Below, piece after piece: positions 52,739-63,398 of a DNA stretch of 64,000 nt (the stretch's first letter is position 1; the number at the start of each line of letters is the position of its first letter). Origin of the DNA: Deltaproteobacteria bacterium (GTDB lineage Bacteria > Myxococcota_A > Polyangia > Polyangiales > Houyiibacteriaceae); contig JAXMNT010000019.1 of assembly GCA_034670305.1 (NCBI GenBank), positions 73,015-137,014 on the forward strand, read 5' to 3'. The translations under genes were made by a program, and so were the position numbers. Under the pieces are notes generated by a model. That model saw only the letters and a program-made list of their open reading frames with translations. It was not told the origin of the DNA and made no database searches.

Positions 52739-54492
52739 GAGAGTGGCTTCAAGTTCGCTGCAACATCGGTTCGGTAGGCCTTGAGCGCCGGCACCAGCCC
52801 GGCAAGTGCCCCGCCCAGACACACGACCAGCACCACCGCCGCTTCGATGGGAAGGAACGTGAAGGCGTCGGGACGGAACCCGGCCGCTTCTTCGACGCGT
52901 GTGCTGGCCACTGCCACGAGCATGTGGCCGAGCACCACACCGAGCAAGGCTCCGCGTAACGTCAAGACCGCGGCCTCGCCGACGATCGCACCGAACACCG
53001 TCCTTCGGCTCGCGCCGATCGCGCGGAGGATCGCCACCTCCCTTCGGCGCTCGTTCATCGTGTTGTAGATGGCGACCAAGATGGAGAGCACACCGAGGAT
53101 GACGACCAAGATGCTCACCATCAGGAAGAGCACATCCACGCTGCCCACGATGCTGAAGAGGTTGCGGATCTGTTCGCTCACGTCCGCGACCTGGATCTCC
53201 GGTTCCCGGTTCAGACGCGACAAGAGCATGCCCTTGTGCACCCCGCCCCGCGGGAAGATGAGCACCGAACTCAGCCCTGCTTCGTTCGTCCCCGGAATCA
53301 GCGCCCCGCCCGCGTGTTCTTCGATCGCGAAGAAGCTGTCGAGGTTGATGAAGACGACCTTGTCCACCGGGGTGCCGGTCTCCTTCAGGATGCCGACGAC
53401 GGTCCAGAAGTGTTCGTGGTCGTGGGCGTGTCCACCCTCCACCCCGTGGGTGGGTTCGATCTCCGCGCCGACCACGATGCCGAGCGCGCGCGCGACTTCG
53501 GCGCCGACAACCGCTTCGAAGACCCCATGGCTTCCATGGTCGTGGCCATGGTGCCCGTGGTCGTCGTGGTCGTCGTGGCCGCCGTGGTCGTCGTGGCCGT
53601 CGTGGTCGTCGTGGTCGTCGGTGTGTTCGTCGGCGTGTTCGTGTTCGTCGGCGTGTTCGTGTTCGTCGGCGTGTTCGTGTTCGTCGGCGTGTTCGTGTTC
53701 GTCGCCGTGTTCGTCGGCGTGTTCGTGTTCGTCGGCGTGTTCGTGTTCGTCGGCGTGTTCGTGTTCGTCGGCGTGTTCGTGTTCGTCGGCGTGTTCGTGT
53801 TCGTCGGCGTGTTCGTGTTCGTCGGCGTGTTCGTGTTCGTCGCCGTGTTCGTCGCCGTGTTCGTGTTCGTCGCCGTGTTCGTCGCCGTGTTCGTCGCCGT
53901 GTTCGTCGCCGTGTTCGTCGCCGTGTTCGTCGCCGTGTTCGTCGCCGTGCTCGTCGCCGTGTTCGTCGCCGTGTTCGTCGCCGTGCTCGTCGCCGTCGCC
54001 CGTGTGTTCGCCGAGTCCGGTGGCGCCGACGGAGCGCAACGTCTCGAACAGACGGGCGCGGTCGAACGTGAACGGACGGCCGGCCGAGAGTTTGTCGGCG
54101 CCCTCCCCTTCGGGATGCGGGAAGTGCTCGTCGAAGAGCGCGTCGGTCGTCGCCACGACGCGGTACCCACGGAAGGAGTCACCAAGCGCGTAGGGCACCG
54201 CCATCGCGACGGAGTCGTCGTCCTCGAGCTCCAGCCACCGGCGCATCGGCATCAGACCGGGGCTCTGGTCCATGTGGTAGACGGCGTTGAGCACGAGCTG
54301 CAGCGCGGAACCCGGCGCGCCGATCACGATGGAATAGCCCTCGCCCGGCTTGAGAAAGTGCCGCTCCATCTGGTCCTGCAAGAGCAAGATCCCGGTGACG
54401 AGCATCACGCCGAGCGCGACGCTGAGCGAGGTCAGCGCCGACGAGAGCCGTCGCTGCTGGATCTGTCGGAGGATCAGCTGCCAGACACTCAT
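52735..54492 (-). CDS. ABC transporter permease (MacB/FtsX-like) with a very large His/Asp/Glu repeat insert
   Basis: IGAPGSALQLVLNAVYH, LGDSFRGYRVV, NERRREVAILRAIGA; (DEHG)n(DEHEHA)n. Confidence 0.92.
53530..54009 (-). repeat. In-frame 12-, 18- and 9-bp tandem repeats encoding the His-rich tract
   Basis: Read directly. Confidence 0.95.
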
Positions 54493-55154
54493 TGGCTCAA
54501 CTCCTCGAGCTCGACCACGTCGTCGAAACGCGCCGTCACCCGCTCTTCGTGGGTGACCAGCACCAGCGTGGCGCCCTCTTCGGCCACCACTTCGTCCAGC
54601 AGCTTGAGCACTTCATCGGACCGCTTGCCGTCGAGGTTCGCCGTCGGCTCGTCGGCCAGCACCACTTTGGGTTCGTTGATGAGTGCACGGGCGATGCCCA
54701 CGCGCTGCTGCTCACCCACCGAGAGCGTCCCGGGCCGAGCACCCATGCGGTGACCGAGGTCCACCCGCTCCAGGAGCTTCTGAGCCCGCTTGGTCGCCTC
54801 AGCGGTCGTGCGGCCGGCGAACGAACCAGCGAGCGCCACGTTCTCCCGCGCGGACAACGCCTGCAGCAGGTTGAAACTCTGGAAGACGTATCCGATGTGC
54901 TGCGCCCGGTACTGGTCGATCTCCGGCTCACTCATCGTGCCGAAGTCGACGTCTCCGTGACGCACCGTGCCGGACGTCGGGGTGGTGATGCCCGCGATGA
55001 CGTTGAGCAGCGTCGTCTTTCCCGAACCGGATCCGCCGACGAGGCAAACCCTCCGCCCGTCCTCGATGAGGAGCTCCGGAATGTCGAGCACCGGCACGTC
55101 CTTGCCCCGCCCGTCCTGGAACACCACCTTCAGCTGCTCGAGTCGTATCGTCAT
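54489..55154 (-). CDS. ABC transporter ATP-binding protein (LolD/MacB-type)
   Basis: GGSGSGKTT, LSVGEQQRV, LADEPT, VTH. Confidence 0.95.
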   Translation of the reverse strand: MTIRLEQLKVVFQDGRGKDVPVLDIPELLIEDGRRVCLVGGSGSGKTTLLNVIAGITTPTSGTVRHGDVDFGTMSEPEIDQYRAQHIGYVFQSFNLLQALSARENVALAGSFAGRTTAEATKRAQKLLERVDLGHRMGARPGTLSVGEQQRVGIARALINEPKVVLADEPTANLDGKRSDEVLKLLDEVVAEEGATLVLVTHEERVTARFDDVVELEELSQ

Positions 55155-55403
55155 CGGACTTCGTCCTACGCCAATCCGCGGCCACGTCCACCCCGCGCAG
55201 GCCGCCACAGGGGCCGGAACACCCGAGCCCGCACGCCATTCCGCGGTGGCGACGACAGGCCAGTGTACGGAGTGTGTCTGCACGGACACGCCGCCGGGTC
55301 GGGGACGGCACGTGTTCGGCGTTCCACGGACGCGGTGTGTCCGCGACGCGACGCAGACGGCTCGTTCCGCAGAAACCTCAATGATTTCAACGGATGAGGT
55401 CCC

Positions 55404-55419
55404 TGGAACGGACCTTGAA
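55404..55419 (+). promoter_or_regulatory. Putative sigma-54 promoter (TTGA variant)
   Basis: TGGAACGGACCTTGAA, 14/16 identical to 34214-34229; ATG at 55433. Confidence 0.5.
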
Positions 55420-55432
55420 GTGTGGTCTCCCC

Positions 55433-56257
55433 ATGGAACACACGACGACCCGCCGATTCTTCCCGCGATTTTCAATGACCACGATCGGCACCCTCCTGCT
55501 GGTCCTGAGCGTCGGCCCGCTCGCCGGTTTCGCCAAAGCGAGCCACGAGGTCTCGGTCGAGACGCCGACCGACGACGCGCCCTTCGCCGAAGAGATGGCC
55601 ACCGCCGAGACGTCGTTCCGCACCACCGGCCGGAGCCGGAGCCGCGCGCACAACGTCGAACTGGCCGCCAAGTTCCTCCACGGCGCGGTCCTGCAGCCGG
55701 GCGAGACCCTCTCCTTCAACGAGCGGGTCGGCGAACGTTCGGCCGACAACGGCTTCCTGGCCGCGCCGGTCATCGCCGCGGGTCGCATTCGCAGCGGCAT
55801 GGGCGGCGGCGTCTGTCAGGTGTCCACCACCCTGCACATCGCGTCGCTCGGCGCCGGGCTCGAGATCGTCGAACACCGCACCCACAGCCGCCCGTCCAGC
55901 TACGCGCCGGTCGGCCTCGACGCGACCGTCTCCTGGGGCACCATCGACTACCGGGTCCGCAACCCCTACGACTACCCGGTCCGCGTCTCGGCCTACACCC
56001 GCGGTGGCGACGTCCACGTGTCCATCGAAGGCGCCGAAGTCATCGCAAACCAGGTGAGCGGCGAGACGGTCCGCGAGCTGCCCATCCGGGAGCGTGTCGT
56101 CACCGACGCGGCCCTCGCCGCCGGTGCCCGCGAAGTCGAGCAGGCGGGCCGCGTCGGCGCCGTCGCCCGCGTGGTGGTGGTCGCCGCCGATGGCACCCGC
56201 CAGGTGCAGAACCACTGGTACAGCGCCGCGCCCCGCATCGTCCGCGTCGGCGCGTAG
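55433..56257 (+). CDS. VanW family protein with a C-terminal G5-like domain
   Basis: PGETLSFNERVG, GGGVCQVSTTL, GLDATVSWG; PRIVRVG. Confidence 0.88.
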   Translation: MEHTTTRRFFPRFSMTTIGTLLLVLSVGPLAGFAKASHEVSVETPTDDAPFAEEMATAETSFRTTGRSRSRAHNVELAAKFLHGAVLQPGETLSFNERVGERSADNGFLAAPVIAAGRIRSGMGGGVCQVSTTLHIASLGAGLEIVEHRTHSRPSSYAPVGLDATVSWGTIDYRVRNPYDYPVRVSAYTRGGDVHVSIEGAEVIANQVSGETVRELPIRERVVTDAALAAGAREVEQAGRVGAVARVVVVAADGTRQVQNHWYSAAPRIVRVGA

Positions 56258-56412
56258 GCGCTCCCCTTGCCCTTGCGTGTGCTCTCGCGCCGCTGGCGTT
56301 CGTGGCTGGAGGCGCTGCCGCGTGTCCCCGGACGGCGGTGGACGCCCCTGGGTCTTGCATGGGAGGGTCCCCCATCGGTTTTCGCTCCCACATGGGGGCT
56401 CTGGGGGGCAGC

Positions 56413-59106
56413 ATGGGAACGAGGAACTTGGGGCGAACCTGTGCCATCGCAGGCTGCGTGCTCGCGCTCGTCGCGTGTGGCGACGACGACGCGATGACGA
56501 CGGCAGACTCCGGCATGGTCGACGGCGGTGGCTCCGACGGCGCCACGGACGCCGGCCCCGACGCCGGCACCGACACGGGTACCGACACGGGCCCGGATCC
56601 CTGCATGGGCATCGTCCAGTGTTCCCCGGCGGGCCTGAGCTGTGACGGAGACGAGCTCGTCACGTGCGCGGCCGATCGCAATGGGTGCCTCGTCGAGAAC
56701 ACCGAGACCTGCACCGGCGGCTGCGAGGCCGACCCATCCCCGACCTGTGTCGACGATCCGTGTGTGGGTGTCGCCGAAGCCGACCGCTGCGACCCAGCGG
56801 ACGAAGGGTTCGTCTGCGATGGCAACGATCTCATCCAATGTGCCGCCAACACCGAAGGCTGCTTCGTCACCACGACCACCGACTGCACCATGGAAGACGG
56901 CACCAACACCTGCGGCGACCCCGGCGATGGCCCGGTGTGTCTCAACGACCCCTGCTTCGGCCGCACCGATCTGTGCGACACCGAAGGCACGACCTGCGAC
57001 GGCGACGACGTCGTGACCTGTGCGTTCGACGCGATCGGGTGCCTGTCCGAGACGACCGACGACTGTGCCGCGCGCGGCGCCACCTGCGACGACACCGGCG
57101 CCACGCCCATGTGCAGCGGCGCCGACTGCGACGACACCCCGAACCCCTGCGACGCCGAAGGCACCATGTGTTCGGGACCGAACCTGGTCCGCTGCGCCAC
57201 GGACGTGTTCGGCTGCCTGGCCGAGACGACGAGCGACTGCACCGAGACGATGTTCGGCTTCTGCGACCCCGACGGAGATCCGGCGGCGTGCGATGTGGCC
57301 GAGAGCGATCCCTGCGAAGGCGTGACGGAGTGCGATCCGGTCGGGCGCACCTGCGACGCCGACACGCTCCACGTCTGTGCCCGCGACGCGCGGGGCTGCA
57401 TGGTCAACACGGCGACCGATTGCACCGCCGACTCGGGCGCGTGCGACGACTCGGGCGCCATGGCGGTCTGCACCGGCGATCTGTGCCCGGCCGCGACCAC
57501 CACAGACGTCGTGCTCGACTGCGAGAGCGGCACCGTCACCTTCGATACGGCGGACGGCACCCGCGCCATTCAGAACAACGACTGCGTCACGTTCCAATAC
57601 GCGGGCAGCGAAGCCTTCTTCCGCTTTCAGTCCGCCATCGACGCCGAGGTCGACATCGTTTCCACGGTGGGGATGGGCCCCGGCGGTGCGACCCCGGGCG
57701 ACATGGATCTCTTCGTGCTCGATGGCAGCGACGCGTGCGATCGGGACGCGACCTGCGTGGACTCGAGCACCGGGACCACCGCCACCGAAACGGTGAACTT
57801 CGTCGCTGGCGCGGGCGACCCTTACTACGTGCTCTACGATCTCTTCGACGGCACGCCTGGCTCGGAGACCACGTCCTTCACGCTCGACATCACCTGCACC
57901 CCCGTCGTCTGCGGCGACTCCGTGGTGGCCGGTGGCGAGACCTGCGACGACGGGGACACCGACGCCGGCGACGGCTGCGACGACGCCTGCCAGATCGAGA
58001 TGGACTACGTCTGCACCGGCGAGCCCTCGATGTGTGAGATCGCTTGTGGCAACGGCGAGACCAACATGGCGCTCGGCGAGACCTGCGACGACGGGGACAC
58101 CGACGCGGGCGACGGCTGTGACGACGCCTGCCAGATCGAGATGGACTACGTCTGCACCGGCGAGCCCTCGATGTGTGAGATCGCCTGCGGAAACGGCGAG
58201 ACCAACCGTACGCTGGGCGAGACGTGCGACGACGGGGACACGGACCCGGGCGACGGCTGCGACGCAGACTGCAGGGTCGAGGCGCGCTACGTCTGCACCG
58301 GCGAACCGTCGATGTGTGAGATCGCCTGCGGCAACGGCGAGACCAATACACTGCTCGGTGAGACCTGCGACGACGGGGACCTCGACGACGGCGACGGCTG
58401 CGACAGCACTTGCCGAGTCGAAGACGGTTTCGTCTGCAGCGGCGAGCCGTCCGTGTGTGGTCCCCCTTGCGGCAACGGCGCCCTGGACCCGGGCGAGGCG
58501 TGCGACGACGGCGACACCGACACCGGCGACGGCTGCGACGACGCCTGCATGCCCGAAGCTGGCTTCGACTGCCGCGGGGAACCGTCGGTCTGTACGACGA
58601 TGGTCTGCGGCGATGCGACGGTCGGCTGGAGCGAGTCCTGCGACGACATGAACGACGTCACCGGCGACGGCTGTCACATGTGCGCGCTGGAGATCGACAA
58701 CGAGATCGTCGTGGACCTCGATCGCAGCATCACGCTGTCCGGCTCCCTCGACGCGACCGACCCGAGCTGGGCGCGTCCGGGCGCGTCCTGTGCTGCTGGG
58801 ACACCCCCCAAGTTCTACGACGAACACCGCATCATCAACACCACGGGCGTGGCCCAGACGGTCACGATCACCGCGGCGTGGGCGGGGGGCGACGGATACC
58901 TCCACGTGTACCGCCCGGGCTTCGACCCGACGACCCCGCTGCTCGGATGCGACATCGGCGACGACGACTTCGGCGGCACAAGCGCGAGCCAACTCGTCGC
59001 CATTCCCCTGGCGAGCGGCGAGTCCATCAGCATCATGGCCTCGACCTTCCGCACCGCGGACGCGATCGGCGCGTACACCATCACGGTGGATGTGGACGTG
59101 CTCTAG
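56413..59106 (+). CDS. Large Cys-rich lipoprotein with Myxococcus cysteine-rich (DUF4215-like) repeats
   Basis: LVAC-GDDD; CGNG...ETCDDGD....DGC repeats in 141-bp tandem units at 57937, 58078, 58219 and 58360. Confidence 0.9.
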   Translation: MGTRNLGRTCAIAGCVLALVACGDDDAMTTADSGMVDGGGSDGATDAGPDAGTDTGTDTGPDPCMGIVQCSPAGLSCDGDELVTCAADRNGCLVENTETCTGGCEADPSPTCVDDPCVGVAEADRCDPADEGFVCDGNDLIQCAANTEGCFVTTTTDCTMEDGTNTCGDPGDGPVCLNDPCFGRTDLCDTEGTTCDGDDVVTCAFDAIGCLSETTDDCAARGATCDDTGATPMCSGADCDDTPNPCDAEGTMCSGPNLVRCATDVFGCLAETTSDCTETMFGFCDPDGDPAACDVAESDPCEGVTECDPVGRTCDADTLHVCARDARGCMVNTATDCTADSGACDDSGAMAVCTGDLCPAATTTDVVLDCESGTVTFDTADGTRAIQNNDCVTFQYAGSEAFFRFQSAIDAEVDIVSTVGMGPGGATPGDMDLFVLDGSDACDRDATCVDSSTGTTATETVNFVAGAGDPYYVLYDLFDGTPGSETTSFTLDITCTPVVCGDSVVAGGETCDDGDTDAGDGCDDACQIEMDYVCTGEPSMCEIACGNGETNMALGETCDDGDTDAGDGCDDACQIEMDYVCTGEPSMCEIACGNGETNRTLGETCDDGDTDPGDGCDADCRVEARYVCTGEPSMCEIACGNGETNTLLGETCDDGDLDDGDGCDSTCRVEDGFVCSGEPSVCGPPCGNGALDPGEACDDGDTDTGDGCDDACMPEAGFDCRGEPSVCTTMVCGDATVGWSESCDDMNDVTGDGCHMCALEIDNEIVVDLDRSITLSGSLDATDPSWARPGASCAAGTPPKFYDEHRIINTTGVAQTVTITAAWAGGDGYLHVYRPGFDPTTPLLGCDIGDDDFGGTSASQLVAIPLASGESISIMASTFRTADAIGAYTITVDVDVL

Positions 59107-59646
59107 CAGGTTGCTGAAAAGCGACCTGCTCCCTTGCCGTTGCCCTTGCCCGTGCCCTTGCCCACGTCGTGGACGCCGTGTGTTTCGCGACGGCGAGGCC
59201 GCGAATCGGAGCCCGATGCCCAGCGGACGAAGCTGCCGGGCATCGGTCGGTCCTACGCGGCGCAGCTCCGCAGTCGCGCGACGCGTAGGAGGTTGTATGC
59301 GGCGCCGGCCAGGCGGCGAACTGTGTCTTGCGTCTGCCTCGATATTTCTTGGGGGCACAGCCCCCAAACCCCGTCCCGGTGACACCGCTGGCTCGCTGCG
59401 CGAGGCTGCACGCTGTCGAATATTTCTTGGGGGCACAGCCCCCAAACCCCGTCCCGGTGACACCGCTGGCTCGCTGCGCGAGGCTGCACGCTGTCGAATA
59501 TTTCTTGGGGGCACAGCCCCCAAGAAATATCGAACGGGGTCTCGCACCTTGAGCAGGTCGTCGCGATGCTCGTCGCTCTGATCAAGCGATCTGACCGCTG
59601 ATCCGCGGGCAAGGGCAAAGGCAAGGGCAGGGGCAGGGGGCAGGCT
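59103..59646. mobile_element. CTAG-flanked MITE/REP-like element, copy 2 (longer, reversed, one end degenerate)
   Basis: 59103-59285 matches the reverse complement of 12651-12833; 59561-59646 matches the reverse complement of 63915-64000. Confidence 0.8.
59342..59530. repeat. 78-bp tandem repeat (2.4 units) ending in a perfect palindrome
   Basis: Units start at 59342, 59420 and 59498; ATATTTCTTGGGGGC-ACA-GCCCCCAAGAAATAT. Confidence 0.92.
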
Positions 59647-59713
59647 CCCAGCAGCTGTTCGTGACCCGCGAAGTGCGCCCCCTCGGCTTGAGCCGCGGGG
59701 GCGTCTTTCGTCG

Positions 59714-60445
59714 CTACTCTTCTTCCGACTTGCCGTCGGCGGACAGGTTGGCCGCGAGCTCTTCCATCAGCGCGGGGTCTTTCTCCGCAACCTTCGCCGC
59801 GATCGACTTCGCTTGCTCCAGCAGCCCGCCACCCCCGCCCATCAGCGCGCCCGGGTCGATTCCGTCGAGCGCGCCACCCGCCTGCAGCTTCGCCGCGGTG
59901 TCCTGGACCGCGGCGCGGATCGAGTCGTCTTGAAGCAGGGATTTGGCCATCGCCGCGAGCGACTCCATCGCGTCCCCGCCGTCGGGATCGGAGAGCGCGG
60001 CCTGTACGTTCGCCAGCAGATCCCCACCCAGCAGGCCCTGCATCGCCCCGAACAAGTCCGCCGTCTCCGCCCCACCGAGCTTCATGGCAGCGCCCGCCTG
60101 GTCCACCGTCGGCACCCGCACCTGCATCCCGCCTTCGCCGAGCTCCTCGAGAATGCCAGCGACCGTGGTCTTGCGCGGGGTGGTCACGTCCGGAAACACG
60201 TAGGCCTCACTCAGGTCTCCGAGCGCCGTTCCAAGACACACCCGCAAGTGCATCCCGATGTCGTCCGGCTCGGCGCCGAACCCGATGCCGAGAGACACGA
60301 GGCTTCCATCGTCGATGGCCTGGACCGCGATCGGCCCGCGCGGGCTCTGGAAGATCGTGTCGCCCTCGACCACCTCCGGCGCCCCGAGTACGGCGGCGAT
60401 GTCCGCGGAAGTGATGGGCAAGAGCGCGATGGCGTCGATGGGCAT
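59714..60445 (-). CDS. Hypothetical protein
   Basis: Frame MPIDAIALL... with a helical Gly/Met-rich C-terminus. Confidence 0.72.
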   Translation of the reverse strand: MPIDAIALLPITSADIAAVLGAPEVVEGDTIFQSPRGPIAVQAIDDGSLVSLGIGFGAEPDDIGMHLRVCLGTALGDLSEAYVFPDVTTPRKTTVAGILEELGEGGMQVRVPTVDQAGAAMKLGGAETADLFGAMQGLLGGDLLANVQAALSDPDGGDAMESLAAMAKSLLQDDSIRAAVQDTAAKLQAGGALDGIDPGALMGGGGGLLEQAKSIAAKVAEKDPALMEELAANLSADGKSEEE

Positions 60446-60629
60446 AGGCGATCGTACAGAGTCGCGCTTCGCGCGCAACCTCCGATTCGACGGTGGTCCG
60501 GGCGCCTTGCGATGCCCGAAGACCCGCGGTCCGAAGCGGGCACGTCCCTCGGCCCGGCCGTGAGGAGCGCTCTTCGGTTCCGTCTGCCTCGTCGGGCAAG
60601 CCGCCGTCGTCCGTGGCATGCTCTCCCCC

Positions 60630-62933
60630 ATGAGAGGCAGGTTCGCGTGGTGTGTGTGGTTCGTCGTCGCGGCGGGATGCGGGGACGACTCGAGCGCGGT
60701 GGACGCGGCAACCGCAGACGCCGGTGCAGACGCGTCGGTGGACGCGTTCGTACCGCTGGACACGTTCCTCCCGGAGTCGTTCGAAGCACCGCGCCCGCTC
60801 GTCGACCACGTGGACCCGCTGATCGGCACCGGCGGCCTCGGGTTCAGTGTCGGCTCGGTCTCCCCCGCACCGCAGCGTCCGTTCGGGCTCGCGCGTCCGG
60901 CGCCCGACACCGCCACCGAAGCGGGTTCGCCTGGGTTCAGTCATTGCGCCGGCTACAACCACTTCGATCACCTGATCCAGGGATTCTCGCAGGTGCGCCC
61001 GCACGGCATGGGCATCGCGGAGTACGGCGTCGTCGCATTGATGCCGACCGACGGCATGGACGCGTCCAAGACGAACAAGGTCGGCTACGGAAACTCGTTC
61101 TCCCACGACGACGAGACCGTAGAGGTGGGCTACTACGACGTGACGATGGCGGACGGGATCCGGGTGGAGCTGACCGCCGGAGAACGGGTGGCGCGGCACC
61201 GCTACACCTTCCCCACCGGCATGGACAACACAGTGCTGCTCGACGTCGGTCATTTCATCGGCGAGATCGACATCCTGGACGGCGAGGTCACCTACGACGC
61301 CGAGACCAACGAAGTGCGCGGACACAGCACCTTCGCGGGCGGCTACTCGAACCGGTTCGGCGGCATGACCGTGTACTTCGTGGCGCGGCTCGAGCAGTCG
61401 CCCACAGGGAGCGGCGTGTGGAGCGACGGGGTGCTCTCCGAAGGGACCACGATGCGCGGCACCGCGGCCGGCGCCTGGTTCTCGTTCGACGAGCGTTCGG
61501 TCGAGATCGCGGTCGGACTCTCGTTCACCGACGTCGAACACGCGGCGATGAACCTCGACGCGGAGCCTGAGAACTTCGACGACATGCGAACGGCCACCCG
61601 CGATGCCTGGGAGCCGTTGCTCGAACGGGCGCTCATCACCGCCCGCACCGAACGCGAACACCGGCTCTTCTACTCGGCGCTCTACCGGTCGCTCTTGATG
61701 CCCACGCTGGCGTCGGACACCGACGGCACCTACCGCGGCTTCGACGGCGAACTCCACAGCGTGCACCGCGACGGACTCGAGAGCTTTCGGTACTACACCG
61801 ACCACTCGCTCTGGGACACCTTCCGCACCCAGGGGCCGCTGCTCTCGTTGCTGTACCCGGAGCTGCAGCGCGACATGGTGGAGTCGCTGATGGCGATGGC
61901 GCGGGAGGGCGGGTTCATGCCGCGCTGGCCGCTCGGCACCGGCTACACGGGCGGCATGGCGGGCGACAGCGCCGACATCTGGTTCGGCGACGCGTACCTC
62001 AAGGGGGTGCCCTTCGATGTGACCGAAGCCTATGCACTGCTCCGAGTCACCGCGATGGCTCCGACCCCAGAAGGCGCCGCGTTCGGGGGCCGCAAAGGCA
62101 TCGCCTCGTACATGACGTTCGGCTGGGTGCCGACCGACGAAGGCAGCTGGACCACCTCGCACACCCTCGAGTTCGCGTACGACGACGCGGTGCTCGCGGT
62201 GCTCGCCGAAGCGGCCGGTGAAAGCGAAGACGCGGCGCTCTTGCGCATGCGGTCAGGCAACTGGCGCAACCTCTACGACCCCGACAGCGGTTTCATTCTA
62301 GGGCGCGCGGCCGACGGTTCCTTCCCTGCCGAACCGAACCTCGACACGTGGCAGGACTACTACGCGGAAGGCACCGCATGGCAGTACCTCTGGTACGTGC
62401 CGCACGACCTGGCGGGTCTGGCGGAGGCGATGGGCGGCGAAGCCGTCATGCACGAGCGCCTCCTCGAGTTCTTCGAGCGCTCGAAACGCAACCGCCTCGG
62501 TCCCGAGTTTCCGCCAACCTACTACTGGCACGGCAACGAACCCGACATTCACGCGCCGTGGATCTTCAGCGCGCTCGGCGACCCGGCCGAGACCGCCGAG
62601 TGGGTGCACTGGGTGATGAACCGCTACTACGACGACACCCCCGACGGGCTGCCCGGCAACGACGACGCGGGCACGTTGAGTGCGTGGTACGTGTTCGCCG
62701 CGCTCGGCGTCTTCCCGATCGCGGGCACCGACACGTACCTGCTCGGCGCACCGACGGTGACCCACGCAGTGCTCGACGCGCCCGCCGGCGCGATCACGAT
62801 CGACGCTCCGAACGCAGGACTCGGCCGAAGCGCGGTGCAAGAGACCCGCGTCGACGAAGCCGTCGTCGTCGGCCAGAGCACCCACGCGGACTTGATCGGC
62901 GCCACCATACGCTTCGACATCCCCGCACCCTGA
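60630..62933 (+). CDS. GH92 alpha-1,2-mannosidase-like lipoprotein
   Basis: VDPLIGT, SLWDTFRT, TLEFAYDD, EGTAWQYLWYVPHD, HGNEP, GNDDAGTLSAWYVF. Confidence 0.93.
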   Translation: MRGRFAWCVWFVVAAGCGDDSSAVDAATADAGADASVDAFVPLDTFLPESFEAPRPLVDHVDPLIGTGGLGFSVGSVSPAPQRPFGLARPAPDTATEAGSPGFSHCAGYNHFDHLIQGFSQVRPHGMGIAEYGVVALMPTDGMDASKTNKVGYGNSFSHDDETVEVGYYDVTMADGIRVELTAGERVARHRYTFPTGMDNTVLLDVGHFIGEIDILDGEVTYDAETNEVRGHSTFAGGYSNRFGGMTVYFVARLEQSPTGSGVWSDGVLSEGTTMRGTAAGAWFSFDERSVEIAVGLSFTDVEHAAMNLDAEPENFDDMRTATRDAWEPLLERALITARTEREHRLFYSALYRSLLMPTLASDTDGTYRGFDGELHSVHRDGLESFRYYTDHSLWDTFRTQGPLLSLLYPELQRDMVESLMAMAREGGFMPRWPLGTGYTGGMAGDSADIWFGDAYLKGVPFDVTEAYALLRVTAMAPTPEGAAFGGRKGIASYMTFGWVPTDEGSWTTSHTLEFAYDDAVLAVLAEAAGESEDAALLRMRSGNWRNLYDPDSGFILGRAADGSFPAEPNLDTWQDYYAEGTAWQYLWYVPHDLAGLAEAMGGEAVMHERLLEFFERSKRNRLGPEFPPTYYWHGNEPDIHAPWIFSALGDPAETAEWVHWVMNRYYDDTPDGLPGNDDAGTLSAWYVFAALGVFPIAGTDTYLLGAPTVTHAVLDAPAGAITIDAPNAGLGRSAVQETRVDEAVVVGQSTHADLIGATIRFDIPAP

Positions 62934-62938
62934 ACGGG

Positions 62939-62959
62939 GCTTCGGCTTCGGCTTCGGCG
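62939..62959. repeat. Short (TCGGCT)n tract between convergent genes
   Basis: Read directly. Confidence 0.75.
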
Positions 62960-62980
62960 TGGCTGCGAAGCGGAGCGCCC

Positions 62981-63310
62981 TCAGCGTTTCGGCGCGTCGT
63001 CGACCGCTCGGATGATCCGCGCGAGCAGCGCGGGCCCTTCGTCGCTCTCGAGTCGGGTGCGGATCTCGCGCGGGAGCGGGAGCGTCACGGCGACCAGGCT
63101 GCGTTCGACGAGGACGTCGAAGGGCACGCGAAGGACCGAGGCGAGCCCGCGGATCTGATCGACGCCCGGGTCGCTCACCTCGCCGTTCTCCAGCCGCGCG
63201 ATCGTGCGGCGAGAGATGCCGACGCGGGCGGCGAGATCGGCTTGGCCCAACCGTCCGCGCAGTTCGCGCAGCACACGAAGGTTGGAGGCCAGGATGCGGG
63301 TCCACTCCAT
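62981..63310 (-). CDS. XRE-family HTH transcriptional regulator
   Basis: LGQADLAARVGISRRTIARLENG. Confidence 0.88.
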   Translation of the reverse strand: MEWTRILASNLRVLRELRGRLGQADLAARVGISRRTIARLENGEVSDPGVDQIRGLASVLRVPFDVLVERSLVAVTLPLPREIRTRLESDEGPALLARIIRAVDDAPKR

Positions 63311-63398
63311 GGCTCCGGTCTGTCACCAATCCCCCGCCACGGCCACCAGAACCGTTTTGCACCAACGCGACCCCCAGACGACGCTGCGTCCGACGCCG

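Noticed and set aside
55155-55400. Metal riboswitch or Zur box upstream of the His-rich ABC operon
   Set aside because: No recognisable consensus found by eye
59342-59530. CRISPR-like array (palindromic repeat with regular spacing)
   Set aside because: The two 'spacers' are identical, there are only three repeats and no cas genes; it is a tandem repeat
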